Below are positions 1-7,530 of a DNA stretch of 13,750 nucleotides, piece by piece. The stretch's first letter is position 1. Each line of letters begins with the position of its first letter. The translations under genes and the position numbers were made by a program. The notes below the pieces were generated by a model. The model searched no databases, was not told the DNA's origin, and saw only the letters and a program-made list of their open reading frames with translations. Source of the stretch: Paraspadella gotoi (lineage: Eukaryota > Animalia > Chaetognatha); the NCBI GenBank assembly GCA_051294375.1, contig JBJCIZ010000299.1, forward strand, positions 1 through 13,750, given 5' to 3'.

Positions 1-2164
1 CTGTGCAGAGCTTGATTGGCTAGAGTTATGTCAGTTTAAGTTTAAAGAATAAAGGTCTTTGCTAGGATGTAAATATGTTTAATTATGGTACAACTGGTGG
101 TGTAGATGGGTAGAATGTGGATAGAATAATTGAGTGAGGTGATTGATGATTCCTGTTCTAATGTTGTGCAACGGTCTTTTTGGTGGATTTCAATTTTGTG
201 GTTTAGAGGATACAGGTATAGGGAGCGTGGAAGCACGGGAGTAGCAGTCTTTAACGAGATATGATCACTGGTCTTATTCATCCCGGTTTTTGAGAAGAAA
301 GAGCGAAGTTGGACTGCAAGATGTGTTTAGATTATTAAATGGTGATGATAATGGATTTACTGTTTAAATGGGCTGGGGATAATGAAAGTTAGGATTGATA
401 GGAGTTTATGCCGATATGACGATAGCAGGGAAGTGGGTAAAATCACTTCTCAGCTTGTCCTGGGTAATTATGGACATAAAATGTTAAAGGTCGAATTAAA
501 GAAAAAATTAAAAATAGGTTGTGGATATTGAAATTTAATGTTTCTTTGTTACTTGATATTGAATAATATTCAACTTGTTAGGGAGAATGGGAAGATTTCA
601 GACAAGGTAAGGGTGAGTTTGAGAATATATGGGAATGGTGGAGCTGTGCAAATCTGTTTTGCGCAGTGTTACTATAGATTATGCAAGGAGAAAGAGATTG
701 AGAGAAAGTAGGATTATTAGAGGTTTGGAAAAGAGAGAAGAAAGGATAGAAAGTGAAATTCGAAATGGTAAGGGATCTATTTTAATGAGATCATTTGCTT
801 ATGTCAAAGAAAGGTTAGTAGAGGATGAAGAGAGGAAGGCAGAGGGGGCAAGGATAAGGTCTAGAGCACTCATTTTGAACCAGGGAACCAGTTTGGCATA
901 TTTTAGTAGGGTTGAAAAAATGAGATTTAATGCATAGTTTAATTTATGCATTGAAAGATAAACAGGTCAGGTTATGAAAGCGTCAAAGGGTGTCCTTTAT
1001 GTTGCTCATGAGCATTATGTTTGGAATGTTTAGTAAAGGGGATATTGATGATAATATTCAAGATGAATTTTTAAGTAAAGTGTTGAAAGGAGACTGACTG
1101 ACCAGCAAAAAGATAGGAGTGATGAATGATGAAGAAGAAGTTAGAACTGGTTCTAAGGGATGGCCTCTGGTAGTCGCCTGGGGCTGATGGTTTCCTGCAG
1201 AATTCTGGAAATGCTTTTGGGGTTCTGGTGGCAAATGACTTTATGGAGGAATTGAATGGGTTTTTGAGATTGGAAGGGTGACGAGGTCAATGTCAGAGGG
1301 AGCTGTTCGTCTTATATATAAGAAGGGTATAGAGAGGATGTCAAAAATTATAGACTGTCAGTTTATTAATGTAGATTATAAAATGATAAGTGGTTTGTAT
1401 TAATGCACGATTAGTAGAAGTTTTTACCTGGATTGGTGCATGAGGATCAGGCAGGCTTACCAGGGAGAAAAATATCAGATGTTTTGCATGTAATACAGGA
1501 TGTAATTGATTATTGTAGAATTCGAAGGAGTAGGAGGCGTTTTAGTCTTTTAGATCTTGAGAAATGTTTTGACAGGGTTGCCACAGTATGGTTTTAAAAG
1601 ATTTTAAAAAAAAATTTGGTTTTGGTAGAAAAATAATAGTTGGGTAAGGACATTCTTATAATAAGGTAACTAGTAGAAATATTAGTTAATGGGCATTGGT
1701 CGATGAGATTTTGATTGACAGGGGATTGAGACAGGGTGATTCTCTTCAATACGCTATATATTTTAGTTGCAGAGGTATTTGCAAACTCCATTAGAACAGG
1801 ATAAAATGATAGAAGGTATTAAAATTAAAAGGGCTGAAAGAAAAGTAGGGGTCTATGTCGATGACACCCAGGGTTTCCTGGGTCAGAAGCATCGGTAGAG
1901 AGGTTTATGGAAAAGGCAGTACGTTATGAAAGAGCAGCAGGGTCAAGGGTTAACAGAAGTAAGTCAGTAGGGTTGTGGTTAGGCCTTGGAAAGATAAACC
2001 TAAGGATTTCTGTGGTCTGACCTGGAAAGACATTGCAAAGGTCTTAGAATGTGGTAGGTCGAGGTGATTGATAAAAGCAAATTTTGCTGATGTTTTTAAA
2101 GTATTAAGTAAAGTTGACCCTCTGGAAAACTCGGCCATTGTCAACCTTAGGAAGGGGCAAAGGT
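1..2164 (+). mobile_element. Degenerate non-LTR retrotransposon (LINE, L1/Tx1-like), interrupted at its 3' side by the BEL/Pao LTR
   Basis: Manual translation across frameshifts gives ordered ORF2 motifs: (G)DFNF (~181-197), GLQDVFR (~311), RIDR (~391-402), GY(W)KFNVSLL-like (~523-550), KAEGARIRSRA (ORF 629-937), LIYKKG..DVKNYR..SLLNVDYKMI (~1311-1390), VHEDQAGLPGRKISD (~1436-1480), LDLEKCFDRV (~1550-1580), RGLRQGDS (~1720-1745), YVDDT (~1854-1868), LWKTRPLSTLGR (~2120-2155). The sequence is AT-rich and CpG-poor, with an abrupt composition change at ~2165. Confidence 0.9.
1..2164 (+). pseudogene. LINE ORF2 remnant (APE endonuclease C-terminal part + RT), many stops and frameshifts
   Basis: Same motifs as above. 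The only intact fragment in the ORF track is 629-937 (EN-RT linker). Confidence 0.85.
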
Positions 2165-2767
2165 TGTAGTACACTTGTGGCGTGCACGTATAGCCGCCTC
2201 TGCTTCGCCGCCGTCGCGCGCTACGGAGGAAGGTTGGTCCTCCACGTCCTCGTGAGCGTCTCCGGAAATGGGCGTGGCCGCGTCTAGCGCCGATGCGTGA
2301 GCGCCGATGACGTCGAGACGCCGTAATGACGGGAGAGTGGGTCCGAGAACGCGTGAACGGCGCGTCGTGGACCCGTGGTCTTCGAGGGTGTCGTCACTCG
2401 AGTGTGGTCCGGTAACGTGGACCACAAGTCCGTCCACAAGCTGGTGGCGGGAGCTATAGTCTGACCACGAACGCGTCCACAAGTCTATTGAAGTGTGGTC
2501 TCCGTGGGCTCTACGGCCTTGTCACTCGTCTGAGAAACGTTGACAAAGGGTGACGAAATGGTGACGTGAAGGATCCTAAACCTCGTAAAAGGCAGTTTGG
2601 TGACGGGCGGGAAAAGGTCCTAAGTAACTATGGGCCTAGTTAATCTGGTAAGAAAAGAAAGAGGAGTGTAATCTCCTAAAGAAAAGGAAAAAGACATCTA
2701 TCGGCAGAAAAGGTAATAACAAAAGGCAAACAAATAAATAGGGGGAAAAGGGGGACATATCTCTACA
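2165..2767 (-). repeat. Putative 3' LTR (~603 bp)
   Basis: Bounded by a 5-bp inverted repeat TGTAG (2165-2169) / CTACA (2763-2767). It directly follows a PPT on the minus strand, and its left edge coincides with the end of LINE homology. An alternative left edge is TG at 2176. The second LTR is not in the window, so this cannot be confirmed by direct repeat. Confidence 0.65.
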
Positions 2768-2778
2768 CCCCCACCTCC
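2768..2778 (-). promoter_or_regulatory. Polypurine tract (plus-strand primer) GGAGGTGGGGG
   Basis: The minus strand reads GGAGGTGGGGG|TGTAGAG, a G-rich tract abutting the TG of the LTR. Confidence 0.65.
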
Positions 2779-3794
2779 AGCGCTCCATCAGAGCGGTGGA
2801 ATAACTCCAACAAAGACCACTCTGATCTGGAGGGGCAGTGCAAAGTATGGCCAAGAGGAAGAGAAAAGATCAGGAAAGAAGAAGAGAAGGATCAAGAAAG
2901 AGGGAAAAAGAGGAATAAGATTGAGGGAAAAGAAACAATAAATAAAGTGTAGAAATAAAATAAAAAAAAATAAGAAAGGGGAAAGGAAAATATTGTTTTA
3001 TCCACCGCGCTTAAGCCTGTCAAAAAACCGCTTTTTCTTTTACTTTTATGTGATTGATCTTTTCTTTTTACTGCTTGATTGTCAATGATTGTATCAATAC
3101 AATAATCAAAACAACTGAAAATAATTTTCTTTCACGATAAATACATTATTCGTCGAATAAAGCCTCTTTGATCGTACACGTTAATTTTTGATAGGATAGT
3201 AATGTTTAGTTGAGATAAGCATAATGTACACAAAACGAAATAAACTAAATATTGTCGAAGATCGAACGTCAATTACTCAAACGTCGAGAGATTCGCAATA
3301 TTGACAAGTTCACTCTAAGAGGGCTACCATCGTTTCTCTGATAGTTATTAATAACGGCTAAATTTTCACATGATCCGTCGAAATGAACAAATAAACGTAT
3401 TAACTTCATGATTGACTGTTTTAACTAAACAGATTAATCTACTGGAAATCGTAAACCCAAAATATTCAATCTAAGTCAAATTTCAATGGTTACCGTTTTA
3501 ACAACACGAAAATGCTAACTTAATGAAATAAACGGACGTGAATACTAACTTAAAAAATAAACACAAATTCTGTTTNNNNNNNNNNTCTCGCGAAAATTCG
3601 GATCTTTGGTCGTGGAATGCGAAACAGTTCATATATTTAATTGAGTCCATAAGGTTTTCGAGTCCGTATGCGATTGTTCATTCTTTATGGCACGAAGCCG
3701 CCGTTGAATCAGCTTCTAAATTCTCCGACGAGCGCCACGCCGCGTCCGGCCCGCCGAAAGTCGGCGGGGGACACGGACTTCGGCGCCTCGTCCT

Positions 3795-4710
3795 TCAAAG
3801 ATCTTCGTCCATTTTCGTTGGTGGGTCGTCATCTTCGCCGAGGATTTTTCTCTCTTCTGCAGGGGTCAACTCGGGCAACGTGGGGGAGGGGGGTTGCGGC
3901 GTGGTTTCGTCGACGGAAACGAAAGACTCGTTCGCCGACGAGGCTGTGGTCTTTGGAACATCGTCGATCGAGGCCGCCATGGTCGAAGAAGTCGTCGGGC
4001 GTATCGCGGTCGACGAGGACGATGCTGAGGGACCAGGTTTCGAACCTTCAGTCGACCTTTCGTTGTAAATAACTGAGGAGGCTTTGTACTCCTCGCGACA
4101 GTCACGGTTATAGANNNNNNNNNNGTTTGGGTCTTGTTGCTTTGACGTTGAAGCCGGAAATCTTTTCGAGGAACGGAAACGGTCTTTTCCATCGAGGAAG
4201 CGCTTGTACCCGCGCCACCATTTTTCTTCGTGTCTTGACATTTGTCCGGCTCGCATTCGTCGATCTTCGTCGCGTCGATACTTTTCTAAAGCGCGTCGGT
4301 TTTCTTCTTTCGAGGGTCTTGGGGCCTTGGGCCGGACTGCTGGATAGTCCTCTCCGTCCGGCTTCTTTTTCTTCTCCTCCTCCGCTCTCCTCATCTCGGC
4401 CACTCGCCACTGCCTTGGGGTCTTGGGTTGAACGGGTGGAAACTCTTCTTCGCTTATCTTCTTATTCTTCTCCTCTTCTACTCTCCTCATCTCGGCCGCC
4501 CACTCCTCGTCTTCCCTCCTCTCCCTCTCCATCTCCTCTTCGGTCTTTGGAGTATCCGCGGTCGATGATAGACTAGTGCTGGATCCAAAGTCTCGTCTTC
4601 TTCTCTCCCTGACCTTCATCTCCAGCCAATCCGTATCGACTTGGCCGAGGAAGTAGTCGACGCCCAATTGAGGTTCGGGAGTGTCGCAGACGAGTGTTCC
4701 AGGATTGCGT
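3795..4710 (-). CDS. Accessory gene, coding exon 2 (charged, Ser/Thr/Pro-rich; unknown function)
   Basis: The ORF track's 3795-4667 has only a TTG 'start'. The frame is open up to a TTTAG acceptor at 4711-4712 preceded by a ~110-nt pyrimidine tract, and it joins exon 1 in frame. Confidence 0.7.
4318..4503 (-). repeat. Imperfect 96-bp (32-aa) coding duplication
   Basis: CTCTCCTCATCTCGGCC occurs at 4385 and 4481. Peptides: AEMRRVEEEKNKKISEEEFPPVQPKTPR / AEMRRAEEEKKKKPDGEDYPAVRPKAPR. Confidence 0.8.
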
Positions 4711-4922
4711 CTAAACGGAGAGAATTGGGAAGGAGGGGAGGGGAAAGAGGGAGAAACAGAAAATAAAGAAGAGAAAAGGGAGAGAGGGAGAAGTGAAAAG
4801 AGGGAAGAGGGAGAGAGAGAGAAANNNNNNNNNNAAAAGGATGTTAAATTAACGTTAATGAATTCGTAACGATTAAATCAGTTTTGTAGGTTTCATTTCA
4901 GGTGATTTTCATTTTAAAAAAC
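4711..4922 (-). other. Predicted GT-AG spliceosomal intron (212 nt, phase 2)
   Basis: Donor CTGAG|GTTTTT (GT at 4922-4921), AT-rich 5' part, long C/T tract (4720-4823), acceptor CTCTCCGTTTAG|A. Removing it restores one reading frame (AG+A = Arg). Confidence 0.7.
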
Positions 4923-6130
4923 CTCAGTTGGCCGGGTTCAGTTGGCGTAGTCAAATCAAACACTGGGGTCGATGTTCCTTTGGGCGAATGCATCGCGATA
5001 CGCCCCAGTATGCCGGCCGTTAAATCAGCGTCGATGGCGGTATTTCGGCGCGCCGCGCGTTCGGCCGCCTCTTCTCGTTCGACCTCATTAATCCAAGATT
5101 TGGACGTGGTCGGACGAAATCGTTCGTGCCTTGGGGTAAACTGAGGAGTGAATCCCTTTTTCGAAGTCTTTGGTATATTTGCGAGTTTAAAGGGATCGTC
5201 GTCGTTCTCGTCGTCGTTCTCGCCTTCATCCATTTTCTCTTCGATTTCTCTCACCGTCGGGAGGGGCCCGGCCGGANNNNNNNNNNAAGCAGCCACCAAA
5301 TCGGCCGGAGACGGTTGGGAGGGGCCCGCCGGATGGTGGCCGGAAGCGGCCACCAAATCAGCCGGAGGCGGTTGGGAGGGGCCCGCCGCGGGGCCAACGT
5401 TGGCCGCCGCGGCGCGCTCCTCCTTCACCTTCTTCCTGTGGTCAAGCATCCTCTGATTATGTATTGCTTGGCGTCTAATGCTCCTTCTTTTTCTCCTTCC
5501 CGAGCGAAAAGCCATCGCCGAGTTTCGGGCCGGGACCTCTCTTTCCTCCCTCTCCTCCTCAGGCTGATCCGGCTCCGCCTCCACTATCACTACTCGTCGC
5601 GCCGGTGGTTCCGGTGCCGTCGGGGTGGGTGGAGGGGGAGTCGGGACCCGAGGGGGGAGGGGGGCCGTCAAGGGGCGGGAGACGTCGGAGGGCGGGCGCC
5701 GGGAAGACGTGCCCTCCGCCGAGGTTGATGCCTCCAGGATGCGCCTGGCCTCTTCGATATTGCGGAATGATCTCGTTTGCAGCTTGGCGACTGCCGCGTC
5801 CGGAGTACTGGAAATAGAGCAAACTGGGGACCAGCTGGCTCGATCGGAAATAATGACGGATCGGGAGGAGCTGGAGTCGCGGAGTTTCCAAAGCGCCATG
5901 AGAGCGCCCTCTGGTGGTAACAGGGCGATTAGGTCGCCAGCATCCGCCCAGGAGCCTAACTGCTCCTCTGCTTCCTCTTCCGTCAACAAACTGAGTAAAG
6001 CGTAGACAGGATCTCTAAATTTGCGTTTGCCGAAAACGACCCAGGCAGCCGATGTCCCGACGACAATTGGATGGAAAGTCATGACTGTCGTCAACCGGCC
6101 GGGGTACAAAGCGGCACGTGGATTCGCCAT
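4923..6130 (-). CDS. Accessory gene, coding exon 1 (unspliced ORF 4898-6130, 410 aa); unknown function, not env-like
   Basis: Long ORF on the element's sense strand, with ATG in good context (GCAATGG). GC-rich with AT-rich flanks. About 135 aa of globular-looking N-terminus, then Pro-rich, basic (RSGRRKRRSIRRQ) and acidic segments. Confidence 0.8.
5261..5388 (-). repeat. 57-bp tandem repeat, ~2.2 copies (PAGPSQPxPADLVAASGHH)
   Basis: GAGGGGCCCG at 5261, 5319 and 5376; AAGC.GCCACCAAATC at 5287 and 5344. Confidence 0.9.
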
Positions 6131-6160
6131 TGCGTCTTGAATATTATTTAAGAAATCGCT

Positions 6161-6205
6161 CTGTAAGTACAGTGATGAATTAATTAGCGTCAGAGAAAGA
6201 AAACA
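6161..6205 (-). promoter_or_regulatory. Putative branch point + splice acceptor for a subgenomic RNA of the accessory gene
   Basis: The minus strand reads TTTTCTTTCTCTGACGCTAATTAATTCATCACTGTACTTACAG|AGCG. It contains CTGAC/CTAAT branch motifs and a TTACAG acceptor 30 nt upstream of ATG 6130, with no intervening ATG. Confidence 0.55.
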
Positions 6206-6424
6206 AGGTTATACAAAGGAATAAAAATNNNNNNNNNNTCAACAGTGTAACTATACAAAACGCTTTGGTCTTAATAAGATTCCGAAAGTCGGAACAAAGT
6301 TCGTTGAATATTTACATTAGTACATTNNNNNNNNNNTTAATTCGATAATCCTTTTTTGAATTGCGTCGACCATACTAAACGGAAATCGCCGAGTGAGTCA
6401 ACGAAAATTACATGAATCAAATAG

Positions 6425-7530
6425 TTAGTCGCACTCGAGAGGAACTAAGCGATTGCGATCTCGTTCAAAGTATTTGTCTCCTGTGGTTCGGACAGTCACG
6501 CGTCGTACGTGACTTCCGACTCCAACATCGACTACGCGTGCGAGTCTCCATTGGTCTCTCGCTTTAAGCTCATCGACCATGAGCACGATCTGGCCTTCTT
6601 TTAAGTTCTCTTGCGTGGTTGACCATTTCTGCCGTTCTTGCAGGGTAACCACGTACTCCTTTGTCCATCGATCCAAATTCGTCGCTGATTCGTCGAGCCT
6701 CTTTTCCAAGAACTTCTGAGCGCCTCGCCGTCGAGGGATTCGGGAGGTACAATGACCCTTCTTGAGGGGGCATAAACGCCGGGATACAGAAAATCTGCGG
6801 GCGTCAGCGCGTCAAGACTATCAGGATCATCTGGGACCCTCGTCAGCGGGCGTCGATTGAGAANNNNNNNNNNNNNNNNNNNNNNTGTCGTCAGTACCTC
6901 GACGTGTAATTTATCTTTTCCAAGTAGGACTGTCAGGTGTTTTTTCGTAGATTTTATCAATCTTTCCCATACGCCGCCCCAGTGGGAAGCCAGGGGTGGC
7001 GAGAAAGTCCATTCAATTCCGTATTCAATCATACTACGAGATATCTGTTCGCTTTTCCATCTTTCAACTGCCGCCCTCAGCTCCGCGTCAGCGCCGTGGA
7101 AATTGCTTCCGTTGTCGCTATAAAAGCGTTTGGAGCCCGGTCGGCGTGAATTAAATCGGACGAGGGCGTTGATGAAGGAGGAAGCCGATAAGTCGTGCAA
7201 CACTTCAAGGTGGACCGCGCGCATTTTCATGCACGTAAAGAGAACGACCCAGCGCTTCGCGCTGCCGCGTCCTCCATGTACGACACGAAATGGGCCAAAT
7301 GCATCGACGCCCGTAGCTTCAAAGGGCGCTCCTTTGTCTAGTCGATCGGCCGGTAGATCTCCCATTTTTTGAGTCGCAGGGCAACGAAAGTTTTTCTGGC
7401 AGATGACGCAACGCCGGAGCAGCAGGCGTACTACTTGCCGCATCGAAGGGAAGAAGAAACGACGTCGAATCACGGACAGTATTTGTTCCACACCCGCGTG
7501 TCCTTCCATGAAGTGTACATGACGTACGAA
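6425..7530 (-). other. Integrase (HHCC zinc finger, DDE core, BEL-type C-terminal domain)
   Basis: HFMEGHAG...CVIC; GVDAFGP; SDNGSNF; GGVWERLI; LNRRPL; LTPADFL; RWTKEYV...WRLARV. Confidence 0.93.

Noticed and set aside
2147-2482. 111-aa minus-strand ORF
   Set aside because: It has a TTG start, lies within the GC-rich LTR and runs across the LTR/LINE junction.
2616-2640. GGTCCTAAG and TAACTAT resemble pieces of the LSU rRNA homing-endonuclease target (TAACTATAACGGTCCTAAGG)
   Set aside because: The pieces are in the wrong order, are short, and have no surrounding rRNA similarity; most likely chance.
2733-2738. AATAAA on the plus strand near the LTR edge
   Set aside because: It is on the wrong strand for the element and sits in an A-rich tract where it is expected by chance.
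3538-6005. Multiple plus-strand ORFs (3538-4068, 3668-4072, 4127-4576, 5126-5728, 5625-6005, etc.)
   Set aside because: They are antisense shadows of GC-rich, low-complexity minus-strand coding sequence. They have no recognisable motifs and several use non-ATG starts.
4898-6130. Interpretation of the extra ORF as env
   Set aside because: It has only one short hydrophobic stretch (IVVGTSAAWVVFG), no C-terminal TM helix, almost no Cys, and is mostly disordered and charged.
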